DNA from: a virus
Lineage: Duplodnaviria > Caudoviricetes
Strand: one strand, 5' to 3'
Virus record (IMG/VR): IMGVR_UViG_3300026541_000011
Span: 1-41,042 of that record
Length of the DNA: 41,042 nt
Position 1 is the stretch's first letter, and each line of letters begins with the position of its first letter. This document shows, piece after piece, positions 17,327-25,537 of the stretch. The notes under the pieces are model-generated. The model was not told the DNA's origin. It worked only from the letters and a program-made list of their open reading frames with translations, and ran no database searches. The position numbers were made by a program, and so were the translations under genes.

Positions 17327-17653
17327 TTAAGTATGGGCCTTGTCAATATATCGGCTATTGGCCTGTTCGGTTCGCCAGACTTCAATGCGTGCTTGTGCGG
17401 CAATCATCATCCATTTTATTTTTTCTTCTTGTTCAACCGCTGTTCGATAGTTTTCCAACAATAGTATGTATTCGCCGTGAGCATAGGCGTAAGACTCTTT
17501 TGCTTGAATGGTCCCCGCAGGTGCGCTAATGAATAATAGCGCCTTCTTGGACTTCCTGTAAGCCTCTAGGTAGGTTCTGGTGGCTTTCGCGACTGCTAAA
17601 GGCTCAGCATTGTCCCGAATATACCTTAGGGTTGTTTCGATGCTTTCAATCAC
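17327..17653 (-). CDS. Conserved-looking nin-region helical protein
   Basis: YRKSKKALL...ESYAYAH...IEVWRTEQANSR. Confidence 0.7.
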   Translation of the reverse strand: MIESIETTLRYIRDNAEPLAVAKATRTYLEAYRKSKKALLFISAPAGTIQAKESYAYAHGEYILLLENYRTAVEQEEKIKWMMIAAQARIEVWRTEQANSRYIDKAHT

Positions 17654-17934
17654 CAGATAACCATTCGATAAGTTAAACTCAATTTCTGAAATTCTATTTT
17701 CTCAGTACCGACTATTCCGTATTCAATATCTATCCCGTTATCGAAAAGATATCCTAAGTTTAATTCCCCGCTAATCGCTGTTCCTGGCACTTCCAGTTCT
17801 GTGACGACTTCTTGTCCGAGATATTCTATCGTGCTGCGGGCTTTTATTTGGTTTAGAAATATCAGTCCTGTGGAAATGTATAGTTCACCAGCGTTGGTGC
17901 TGAAACTTAAAAATAGTATTAAATATTTAATCAT
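17650..17934 (-). CDS. Secreted beta-rich protein
   Basis: Signal peptide MIKYLILFLSFSTNA; amphipathic strands; C-terminal Trp. Confidence 0.6.
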   Translation of the reverse strand: MIKYLILFLSFSTNAGELYISTGLIFLNQIKARSTIEYLGQEVVTELEVPGTAISGELNLGYLFDNGIDIEYGIVGTEKIEFQKLSLTYRMVIW

Positions 17935-18115
17935 TGGGAGGCTCTGGCATGGGTTGCCAGAATCTAGGCAAAGAGTTTTCAGGAAGTCTAAGCCCCCACG
18001 GTTCTAGCCATGTGCCATTTCTAAAATATACTGATGTAACTAGGCATGTTTTTAAAAAGCATAAATAGGTTCCATTTTTCTCAGGAAGTTCTTTCTCTAC
18101 TGATATCCAATTCAT
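17927..18115 (-). CDS. DUF551-like protein
   Basis: MNWISVEKELPE ... FWQPMPEPP. Confidence 0.75.
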   Translation of the reverse strand: MNWISVEKELPEKNGTYLCFLKTCLVTSVYFRNGTWLEPWGLRLPENSLPRFWQPMPEPPND

Positions 18116-18294
18116 TCTTTTAACCACCTGAACTCAGCATTAGATTCCTTTTCCTTGCGGGCTATGTATCTTTCTAATTGCTCAACCCTTGTGGTTTTCC
18201 ATAGGGCGTAAATAGATAGACCGCATACAAGTATTAATAACCCTAGAGATATCATGTACTGAGTGTGAATTTGACCACAAATATCGGCTATCAT
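18112..18294 (-). CDS. Small membrane protein
   Basis: One TM helix; coupled. Confidence 0.55.
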   Translation of the reverse strand: MIADICGQIHTQYMISLGLLILVCGLSIYALWKTTRVEQLERYIARKEKESNAEFRWLKE

Positions 18295-18653
18295 TTACCG
18301 CTCCTGTGCTTGGCTGCGTGTTGTAAGTCTTTTAGAACGGTTTCAATATGAGTGCTTAAATTCATCGGAAGACTATAATAATTTTTCCACTTTCCGTTAC
18401 CAACTCGTTTTAATTCATCTTTCGCCCATCCCATAAGATTATTTTGATCATCCACGACTTCCTGTAGCCCAACATTACGGACTTCCAGTTCGGTGATGGT
18501 TTGTTTAAGCAATCCCACTTCATTTTTCAGGGTATTATCGTCTGTAAATCCTTCTATATAAGTAAGTAATTGCGCGGTGTTACCGTATTCTGATACTAAC
18601 TTACTCCCGCCGATATAATCTAAAATATTGTTTAATATCTGATGGCTTTTCAT
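18291..18653 (-). CDS. Hypothetical coiled-coil protein
   Basis: Coupled; LEVRNVGLQEVVD. Confidence 0.65.
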   Translation of the reverse strand: MKSHQILNNILDYIGGSKLVSEYGNTAQLLTYIEGFTDDNTLKNEVGLLKQTITELEVRNVGLQEVVDDQNNLMGWAKDELKRVGNGKWKNYYSLPMNLSTHIETVLKDLQHAAKHRSGK

Positions 18654-19108
18654 TTATCGTTCCTGTGGTGAATTCGATTTCGTAAATCTAAACCACATTC
18701 CGCGCAACTGTCGTCGCCATCTTCTTTCCCTACGGCACTATGGGTATGCTGAAAGGTTGTAGTCAGCCTATCCACGACTTCCTGTAGTTCCTTGTTTCGC
18801 TCCACAAGCAAAGTGTTATGTTCGTGTAACATATCTTGCCCTTTTAATAACGCTTCCAGTGATTCGATGTGTGATTCCATTGATTGCAATGCTGTCTTTA
18901 ATTCTCCTACACAATAACCCTCGTGGTCGGCTCCGACATAATCACATTGCTTTTTATAGATAGCTCTCGCAAAATTGTCTATGTTTGCTGGTTTATAGTC
19001 ATTTAACGTTTTATTACGGGCTTCCAATGATTTGACCATACTTAACAATCCATCCTTTTCTTCTTTCAGAGCATTATGGGCTGCTGTTGTTACTGTGAAA
19101 TTAATCAT
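18650..19108 (-). CDS. Hypothetical coiled-coil protein
   Basis: Coupled; LVERNKELQEVVD; C-terminal CxxC...H. Confidence 0.65.
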   Translation of the reverse strand: MINFTVTTAAHNALKEEKDGLLSMVKSLEARNKTLNDYKPANIDNFARAIYKKQCDYVGADHEGYCVGELKTALQSMESHIESLEALLKGQDMLHEHNTLLVERNKELQEVVDRLTTTFQHTHSAVGKEDGDDSCAECGLDLRNRIHHRNDK

Positions 19109-19377
19109 TCGTTCCACCTTGGATCGTGTTTAGCGCCCACTAGCATTTTAGGAGCGTACAACCAACTATCGATTTTCTTCTTCGATATCTTGTTCTCGAT
19201 TTCTTTCGCCCAATCCGCGTAATATTTAATCCAACGTCTCCAGTTTTTTAAAGTCATGTAGCATTCGTCATCACAGTAGGTTCTATCCATATACTGTTTT
19301 ACAGATACTTTAAGCCCGTTTTCTCTTTCTAGCCAAGGGATAGGATGGACGTCACAGACTTCGCAGATTCTAGTCAT
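19105..19377 (-). CDS. Zn-finger-like hypothetical protein
   Basis: CEVC ... YCDDEC. Confidence 0.6.
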   Translation of the reverse strand: MTRICEVCDVHPIPWLERENGLKVSVKQYMDRTYCDDECYMTLKNWRRWIKYYADWAKEIENKISKKKIDSWLYAPKMLVGAKHDPRWNE

Positions 19378-19702
19378 TGAGTAACTCGGGATTTTCGTGA
19401 ATATTACCGATTACCTCGCACGTAGAATCTAACCAAGAATCTGGAGTTCCATCTAATTTATCAGCAACAAATACACATTCGTTTGAGTTATAAGATATGG
19501 GAAGCGGTCCGTCATTAAAATGAGGCCAGATTACAATATCCCCCTCGTATATCTCTTTCCCGTCCTTGTCGTGGAGTCCGGTAAATTGCATCACCTTTAG
19601 GTTTATCTGGGTATCATCCAAATCGTTACAAACAGCAACACCCAAACTATGTTTCCACATAAACTCACCATCCCACGCCCTGAATTTCAATTTTCTATTC
19701 AT
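19370..19702 (-). CDS. YopX family protein
   Basis: KFRAWD ... MQFTGLHDKDGKEIYEGDIV ... EVIGNIHENPELL. Confidence 0.9.
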   Translation of the reverse strand: MNRKLKFRAWDGEFMWKHSLGVAVCNDLDDTQINLKVMQFTGLHDKDGKEIYEGDIVIWPHFNDGPLPISYNSNECVFVADKLDGTPDSWLDSTCEVIGNIHENPELLND

Positions 19703-19857
19703 TGTTCTTATCCTCGATTGAATCAGGAGATTCCATTGCTTGTTGATGAATGGTTTTGTGCAGCGTGCGAATTGTTTTCTGCTGCCTTATAAACCCCAAA
19801 TATTCTGCTAGGGCCAATTTCTCACTATCACTACAGGTCTTGAAGGCTTCAAAAAAA

Positions 19858-20055
19858 TCAACCATCATTCTCTCTCCGGTCCCAGGCGTCTATGGCTAAT
19901 TCCATTGTTTTAGCAGTTGGTCCGGTTGCGCCACAATCACAGCACACAAGATATCCGCCATCTGATGACTTGCCAAAAAACCCAGCAGCTAATTCAGGAA
20001 TATCTATACTTTCATTGCAAAAAGGGCAGGGCTTTAGTTCTTTCATATCAATCAA
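19858..20055 (-). CDS. Lar-like restriction alleviation protein
   Basis: LKPCPFC ... CCDCGATGP ... AIDAWDRR. Confidence 0.8.
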   Translation of the reverse strand: MIDMKELKPCPFCNESIDIPELAAGFFGKSSDGGYLVCCDCGATGPTAKTMELAIDAWDRRENDG

Positions 20056-20233
20056 CCAAATTAAGGGCTTGTTTTACGTTACGCCAGATATCCATCTGAA
20101 GATTGAATAACATTGTATCAAGGTTGGTAGTTTTATATTCCCCATGCCGATTTTGAACTTTTAACCTTAAATCCATAACATTATCAGCGATAGCATTAAA
20201 TAAAATAGCTTTTCGTTTTTCGCTGAGTTTCAT
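20048..20233 (-). CDS. Hypothetical protein
   Basis: Coupled ORF. Confidence 0.6.
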   Translation of the reverse strand: MKLSEKRKAILFNAIADNVMDLRLKVQNRHGEYKTTNLDTMLFNLQMDIWRNVKQALNLVD

Positions 20234-20237
20234 TTAA

Positions 20238-20474
20238 TTATCCTTTTGGTAGGGGGTAGTTTTTGTGACTATCGGATTTCCACTGTTCATAGAAAAACTC
20301 GACTCTTTCTTGATCGAATTTAAACGAATCCATTGGTGTCCCGCGTAACTGCATTAGTTTTATCAAAATATGCTCGTTCGGCGTTTCAGCATTCCCAGTT
20401 CCGTTATCCATCACGCTTCTAACGATATCAATAATTTCTTCGTCATTACTTCTATCAATGTAATTAACGCTCAT
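20238..20474 (-). CDS. Hypothetical protein
   Basis: GAGG RBS within a 19-bp repeat. Confidence 0.6.
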   Translation of the reverse strand: MSVNYIDRSNDEEIIDIVRSVMDNGTGNAETPNEHILIKLMQLRGTPMDSFKFDQERVEFFYEQWKSDSHKNYPLPKG

Positions 20475-20491
20475 TTTATTTCCTCGTAGCC

Positions 20492-20758
20492 TTATTTATT
20501 ACCAGTTGATTTAGCCTTGGGCATATACCTATCTGGACCGCCTCTAGCTGTGTCTCCGTTCCCCACAATCTTCGCAGCTTTAGTTACTGTTAATTGAGGT
20601 TCATCGAAATTTAACTCTGTTGGTTCTGGTTTATCTTTCGTTGACTTATCTATAACTGTAATACGGTCACATCCCTGTAAATATGTATGCCTACATATAG
20701 CCACGCCTTTGAATCCTGTTATTGTGTCTTTAACTTCATCACCTAATTGAACATTCAT
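20492..20758 (-). CDS. Conserved-looking phage hypothetical protein
   Basis: LGDEVKDTITGFKG ... YLQGCDR ... FDEPQL ... GGP. Confidence 0.75.
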   Translation of the reverse strand: MNVQLGDEVKDTITGFKGVAICRHTYLQGCDRITVIDKSTKDKPEPTELNFDEPQLTVTKAAKIVGNGDTARGGPDRYMPKAKSTGNK

Positions 20759-20926
20759 TTTATTTCCTCGTAGTAATCTTTCGCCGGTTGAAGGTCTTTC
20801 AAAGTAGGTGGTGGGTAATCTTTCTTTAGTTGTTCGCGTTTAGCAGGTTTTACCCAAAGTTTACAAAGAACTAAACCCAATTCCTTGCGGTAATCTTCAA
20901 GGTGTTTCATCATTGCTTTTTTTGTT

Positions 20927-21136
20927 TTAGGCAAGTCGATAACCTATATATCCACACTCTGGACAATTAATATTTTTCTTACACGGGTTACTAGTTAAGG
21001 TGACTGTTGGGTTAGAATCCCATAGCTCTTTGCCGCAATCAGGACACTCTATGCCATTAGGATGAGGCTGTTGTGATTGGATAATTAATTGATGCTCCTC
21101 TTGTCTTTCCAGATTGTGTTTATCTAATGTTTTCAT
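20927..21136 (-). CDS. Zn-ribbon protein
   Basis: CPDCG ... CPECG. Confidence 0.7.
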   Translation of the reverse strand: MKTLDKHNLERQEEHQLIIQSQQPHPNGIECPDCGKELWDSNPTVTLTSNPCKKNINCPECGYIGYRLA

Positions 21137-21142
21137 TGTCTA

Positions 21143-21171
21143 ACCTTACCCTAATCCGGCCTTACTGTCAA
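21143..21171 (-). promoter_or_regulatory. Sigma70 promoter, probably leaderless transcript
   Basis: TTGACA-17-TAAGGT-6-ATG. Confidence 0.6.
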
Positions 21172-21199
21172 CTCTTTATTTGTTCTGCCAGCATATCGG

Positions 21200-22030
21200 C
21201 TAATTAATTCGCTTCTCAAGTTCAGAATTTAATCGGCTCCGATATTGCGGGTAAGATTCTCCAGGCATCGCCTTTGGTAAATTATTTTTCTCGGCAAAAG
21301 AATAAAGATTCTCGTCAATCTGCGGTAATTTTAGATTCCTGCCTCCGTTTAACTTTGCCTTTCTTTGGATAACTAAGGTATCCCATTGCTTGCGGAGTTT
21401 TTCTGGGCTTAATATATTTTGGTGCCAGAAGTCGTCATTGTTAGCCCAAAGGAATAGCTCTTTAATTTCATCGTGAGTCCGCTTATCACGTTCCCGCATT
21501 AACCTAATTGTGTTTGACCAAAGATCGATATTCTGTTGCTTCATCTTTGGGTTCATATCTAGCAATGTGTTTTCTATAAACAAAGCTGTATATCCGTCTT
21601 TTCCTGAGAAATCTATTTTCTTGGGGAACACTTGTTTATTAGATTGTTTATTCATTTGTTTATTAGGTTCCAGATTCTGTAATACTGTAGGTGTAGATTC
21701 TGTAATACTGTGGTTCATATTTTGTAATACTGGTGGGATTACATAATTTGTAATACTGAGAGGAACTATAGCGTGGTAAATCGTAGTGTTGTTATATCTT
21801 TTTTGCCTTTGGAGATACCCTTTACCCTCAAGCTCGTCTAAATATTTAATCGCCGTGCTATTTGATCCTATGTTTAATTCTCCCCTGATAGTAGCAATCG
21901 ACGGAAAGGCCATGTCGTGGGAATCATTCATGTAGGTATTGAGGTATAATGCTATTGATTTGGCACCGAAAGAAAGGTCTCTATCGTCTACTATGAGTTT
22001 GCGCCAATTAAGCCAGGAATGCTTTATCAT
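21200..22030 (-). CDS. Replication initiator (HTH N-terminus, lambda O-like C-terminal domain)
   Basis: AFPSIATI...YLDELEGKGYL winged HTH; WANNDDFWHQNILSPEKLRKQWDTL; internal iterons. Confidence 0.82.
   Translation of the reverse strand: MIKHSWLNWRKLIVDDRDLSFGAKSIALYLNTYMNDSHDMAFPSIATIRGELNIGSNSTAIKYLDELEGKGYLQRQKRYNNTTIYHAIVPLSITNYVIPPVLQNMNHSITESTPTVLQNLEPNKQMNKQSNKQVFPKKIDFSGKDGYTALFIENTLLDMNPKMKQQNIDLWSNTIRLMRERDKRTHDEIKELFLWANNDDFWHQNILSPEKLRKQWDTLVIQRKAKLNGGRNLKLPQIDENLYSFAEKNNLPKAMPGESYPQYRSRLNSELEKRIN
21632..21758. repeat. Putative replication origin: four iterons plus AT-rich repeats
   Basis: TGTAATACTG at 21678, 21701, 21723 and 21749; TTGTTTATT three times at about 21632-21664. 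Confidence 0.75.
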
Positions 22031-22033
22031 TTA

Positions 22034-22130
22034 CTACCCGTATAGATTGCCCGTTAAAAGGCGCGGCAACCACAACGGGTAAGAGGCTGTCCCTGAGTAA
22101 TTAGTTCAGGTAAGCCGCATAAGCATTATA
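22034..22130 (-). ncRNA. C4-like antisense RNA with two downstream targets and an extended -10 promoter
   Basis: TGG-TATAAT; closing stem TGCGGC/GCCGCG; arm CCTGA/TCAGG; loop TTACCCGTT complementary to AACGGGCAA and TACGGGTAG before the rep ATG. Confidence 0.6.
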
Positions 22131-22233
22131 CCACAGTTGGCTAGTTCTAATACGTTTTCGCTTGGCATCCAGGATTTTGATAGTTTTGTTTTCATTCTCT
22201 TATCCTCAATCATTTAGACCTAACCCTAATTCG

Positions 22234-22524
22234 CTATTCAATGTAAGTTCCAAGCTCTTTGGAGTATAATAAGTAAGTTTCTACTTTAGCTTTTTTATCT
22301 CGTATCATTTTTTCGTGGCGCCCAACACATATACTGGGTTCTTCATCGTTTAACATAGCAATTAAGGCCAAAATATCATTGAACTCTTTGTGCATTCGTT
22401 CGCGGTTTGAAGTCGGTAAATCACGTTGTTCATTAATTCCAAACCGAATAGCTTTCGATGTTTCTTGAGCTAACTCCGAACACTCTTCAGCCAATATTGT
22501 TAATAAATGTTCTCTTCTATTCAT
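22234..22524 (-). CDS. MazG-like NTP pyrophosphohydrolase domain protein
   Basis: LAEECSELAQETSKAIRFG ... EFNDILA. Confidence 0.7.
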   Translation of the reverse strand: MNRREHLLTILAEECSELAQETSKAIRFGINEQRDLPTSNRERMHKEFNDILALIAMLNDEEPSICVGRHEKMIRDKKAKVETYLLYSKELGTYIE

Positions 22525-22705
22525 AATCTACACCTATTTGTCGAAGGGGCTGGTTTTCTAAAGGGCAGTCCTTTAAAATAAATTCTTCTGGCATTCCATC
22601 GCTAATCAACAATATAGCTTTATCTTTTGTTGGCATATTTACCCACAAATCACATTCAAATAACGGACAATCTCTACAACTAGAAACGAAGATTATTTTA
22701 TTCAT
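22517..22705 (-). CDS. Small Cys-containing protein
   Basis: CRDCP ... CPL. Confidence 0.55.
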   Translation of the reverse strand: MNKIIFVSSCRDCPLFECDLWVNMPTKDKAILLISDGMPEEFILKDCPLENQPLRQIGVDYE

Positions 22706-22979
22706 TCAAGATAAACCTAAATAATCTCTGATACCAATATAAAGGTTCCCCACAGGCTTGTTCAGCCGTTGCCCATACAAAGTTTTTACGAAACCTTTTT
22801 TTCATTTCATTTTCCTCTAAAGATAACTCGCCACTCGCTAAAGCCAACCAACTAAGATTGAAGCGCATACCTGTTAATCTGCTTTACCTGAAAGTACCTT
22901 TTATACTCGGCCAGGAGTTCCAACAATAATCCTTATCATCCCTGTGGTGACATTGATCACCTGAATACTTATTAAGAAA

Positions 22980-23090
22980 GTGAGTTGACTGGAATCGAAC
23001 CAGCGACCTTTTTGCTATCTGTTTATATCAGGTAATTACTCCCTACATCCACAGAACCACAAACCGCTCTTCCTACTGAGCTACAACCCG
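22980..23090 (-). ncRNA. tRNA-like element A with a 45-nt structured insert in place of the anticodon loop
   Basis: Acceptor CGGGTTG/CAACTCA; D arm GCTC-AGTAGGAA-GAGC; variable loop AGGTC; T arm GCTGG-TTCGATT-CCAGT; no encoded CCA. Confidence 0.75.
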
Positions 23091-23226
23091 ATCAGCGTTA
23101 CTAGTATTTGCTGACTTTTACTTTCTTAATAAGCACTCTCTCCTATTCGTCTAATATAGCTTTCAGTTATCCCCTAAACCATTAACAAGTCATCGGGGGG
23201 ATCGAGCGCCGGTAATACAGTGATTA

Positions 23227-23487
23227 TTAATTGGTTGGCCATAATACCAAACATCTTGGTTTCATTAACATTTCATCCCAATCTTGTTGTTCCATACAAG
23301 CATCGCTCGCCGACCATTCAGGGTCATGTACTTCCCCACTCCATGTGCTATCAGGGGTATAAATACCAATGCTAATTACGTCCAATGGTGAATGATTATT
23401 ACCTTCACCATCGCTTGTCATTATTACTTCCATTTTTGGGTCTAATTCTGTTAATTCATCAATCAATTCTTGTACTTTCATAATCAT
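23227..23487 (-). CDS. Hypothetical protein
   Basis: MKVQELIDEL ... SDGEGNNHSPL; GGAG RBS. Confidence 0.7.
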   Translation of the reverse strand: MIMKVQELIDELTELDPKMEVIMTSDGEGNNHSPLDVISIGIYTPDSTWSGEVHDPEWSASDACMEQQDWDEMLMKPRCLVLWPTN

Positions 23488-23595
23488 TTCTCCTGCGTTA
23501 ACCTTGAAAAATCCGCTGCCAGGTTTTATCGAGTCAGGCGTCTCTATCTTGCTTTATTAGCTACATCGACAATTAACGATCAATTACCTTTAATA

Positions 23596-23716
23596 TGTGC
23601 TTAGAATGTGGTTGGTCTGCGGTCTTTGGCTCAGCAATCCAAGTTTAAGGTATGCCGCACGGGACTTGCCAATAACCCGCCATTTGGTTTGAGACATCAA
23701 CCACAATCTAAACACA
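23596..23716 (-). ncRNA. Structured element B
   Basis: Closing stem TGTGTTTAGATTGTGGTTG/CAACCACATTCTAAGCACA with internal hairpins. Confidence 0.55.
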
Positions 23717-23779
23717 CATACATCCGCATATCGGTTTTACTTTCTTTCATAATCATTCATTTATCTAATCCCATATGGT

Positions 23780-24415
23780 TTAACCAAATAAATCAATCTG
23801 CGCTGTCTCATCATCGAATCGCTTAACAGCAGCATCGTAGTATTCTTTGTCTATTTCCATGCCGACAAAATCAAATCCTCCGTAGTGGGCTGCTATAGCG
23901 CTAGAACCTGATCCTAAATGGGTATCTAGAATCTTGTCACCGGCAGCAGCATATTTTCTTAATAACCACTCGTGCAATTTTACTGGTCTTTGACACGGAT
24001 GAATATTCGCCTTCCCGGTTTCACTCCCTTTTCTTCCCCCACTCCATTGGATGGCTATTTTCCTCATGGGTATCTTAAACGAAGTCCATGCCAATTCGCC
24101 TTCTGATGTATTCATTTTTTCAACATCATTAATTTTATCCCAAAATATCCAGCTGTTAGTTATTGGCAAATGTTCAGTGTAATAATTACCTCCCCATATG
24201 ATTTGATTTTTACTGATTCTAAAAAGACGATCAAAATAATCTTTATTAGGAGACGCCTGGTTCCATTCTTTAGAACCATAATGAGATGTATGTTTTTGCT
24301 TCATCCAATATTGCCCTATCCCATATGGCGGATCGACTATCGCAAGATCAAAAGCATTATCCTCACAGTCTTTCATGTAGTCCATGCAGTCACAATTGAG
24401 TAAATCTATTTCCAC
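23780..24415 (-). CDS. DNA N6-adenine/N4-cytosine methyltransferase, beta class (GTG start)
   Basis: IVDPPY, IIWGGNY, IHPCQRP, ILDTHLGSGS, GMEID. Confidence 0.92.
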   Translation of the reverse strand: MEIDLLNCDCMDYMKDCEDNAFDLAIVDPPYGIGQYWMKQKHTSHYGSKEWNQASPNKDYFDRLFRISKNQIIWGGNYYTEHLPITNSWIFWDKINDVEKMNTSEGELAWTSFKIPMRKIAIQWSGGRKGSETGKANIHPCQRPVKLHEWLLRKYAAAGDKILDTHLGSGSSAIAAHYGGFDFVGMEIDKEYYDAAVKRFDDETAQIDLFG

Positions 24416-24520
24416 ACCACGGCCCCGCAGTGACAGATAGAATAGTCTTTCCAGTGCTTTCTAAATAAAACCATTAGTTCTGGCCAGGTGTAAATTGGAT
24501 GATTACATTTAGGTTTTGCT

Positions 24521-24727
24521 TTATCCATTATAATTCAACCCTAATATATCCAATCTCTTACTACATTTTTTGCAGAGATGGAATTCGGGAGATATTTTGA
24601 GTCTTTCAATATGGTATAATTCGCCGCAACCAGACTTAACAAATTCCTTGGTTAAGGGATGAGTCATCCAAGCATGTTGAACTCGCGCGCCAAAAGTATC
24701 TATAGCTTTCCAATTTGCTTTATCCAT
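24521..24727 (-). CDS. Small H/C Zn-binding protein, paralog of 26662..26850
   Basis: WKAIDT..RVQH...THPLTKEFVKSGC...CKKC. Confidence 0.7.
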   Translation of the reverse strand: MDKANWKAIDTFGARVQHAWMTHPLTKEFVKSGCGELYHIERLKISPEFHLCKKCSKRLDILGLNYNG

Positions 24728-25221
24728 TATGGTCTACCATGGTTAGGGTGAAACCCATATTTATATTCAGCAGACTTTCGAGCACAAACAGCATCCCACC
24801 AATTAACGAACTGCCCTATCCCAATAATTTTATAATCAACACCAATTTGCGCTTGCCATTTTTGTTCTCTTCTCGCCCAAGTAACACCCATGCATCCACT
24901 TGTATTATTGCTTGATGTTGCTCGGTTTTTCTTGTTTGTGATGCTAGTAGCAGACCGTAAATTTACTAATCTATTATCCAACCTTATACCATTTTCATGA
25001 TCTATTTCGTGTTTGGGAAATTGCCTAAACGCTAATAACCACATTACTCTGTGAGCCATGCACATTTTCCCCTTAATCTTGACCATCAAATATCCGTTGC
25101 CTGCTAAAGTTCCAGCGGCATCGCCGCAGCATATCCCGTATCGAGGCGATTTACGCCAAACAATAGTCCCTTTTTCTGGATTATAATGTAGCCATTCATT
25201 TGCTAATTCGTAATTAATCAT
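24727..25221 (-). CDS. HNH endonuclease with AP2-like domain
   Basis: AHRVMW ... IDHENGIRLDNRLVNLR ... NNTSGCMGV. Confidence 0.88.
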   Translation of the reverse strand: MINYELANEWLHYNPEKGTIVWRKSPRYGICCGDAAGTLAGNGYLMVKIKGKMCMAHRVMWLLAFRQFPKHEIDHENGIRLDNRLVNLRSATSITNKKNRATSSNNTSGCMGVTWARREQKWQAQIGVDYKIIGIGQFVNWWDAVCARKSAEYKYGFHPNHGRP

Positions 25222-25435
25222 CAGAAATCTCAACGTCTATCCAATCAGTAGGTTCATCGAATATTGGTTCAAAAGTTCTGGGGTCATCGCCTGCAAATCT
25301 ACTACCTTCACGATATTGCAGAACAGCATAAATATCATCTTCAAGAATAACCCAATTATCAGGACTATAATCAACTCCCATCGCTTTAGCGGTTTCAGGA
25401 TTAATCGCGGTTCTTTTCCATCGTAATTCAATCAT
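25214..25435 (-). CDS. Hypothetical protein
   Basis: MIELRW ... VLQYR ... WIDV; GGAG RBS. Confidence 0.7.
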   Translation of the reverse strand: MIELRWKRTAINPETAKAMGVDYSPDNWVILEDDIYAVLQYREGSRFAGDDPRTFEPIFDEPTDWIDVEISDD

Positions 25436-25457
25436 TATCTATTCTCCGGTGTAGGGA

Positions 25458-25533
25458 GGTAGCGGCCACACTCTTTCCCCTGTGGCGGGTTAGCCTGTAC
25501 GCGTCAGGAAGCTAGTTGCTGTTACGCGCTACC
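25458..25533 (-). ncRNA. 76-nt tRNA-sized element C
   Basis: GGTAGCG/CGCTACC 7-bp stem; CCTG-ACGCGTA-CAGG; GCCACA-GGGGAAAGAG-TGTGGC abutting the 3' strand. Confidence 0.6.
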
Positions 25534-25537
25534 ATAA

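Noticed and set aside
21678-21758. CRISPR-like mini-array
   Set aside because: The 10-bp repeats with 12-16 bp gaps inside the rep gene fit iterons. No CRISPR-length repeats or cas genes are seen anywhere.
22980-23090. Ordinary tRNA-Asn(GTT) with a canonical intron
   Set aside because: Removing 38 nt after position 37 leaves G33 and C37, violating the conserved U33 and purine 37. I see no clear bulge-helix-bulge motif or group I core.
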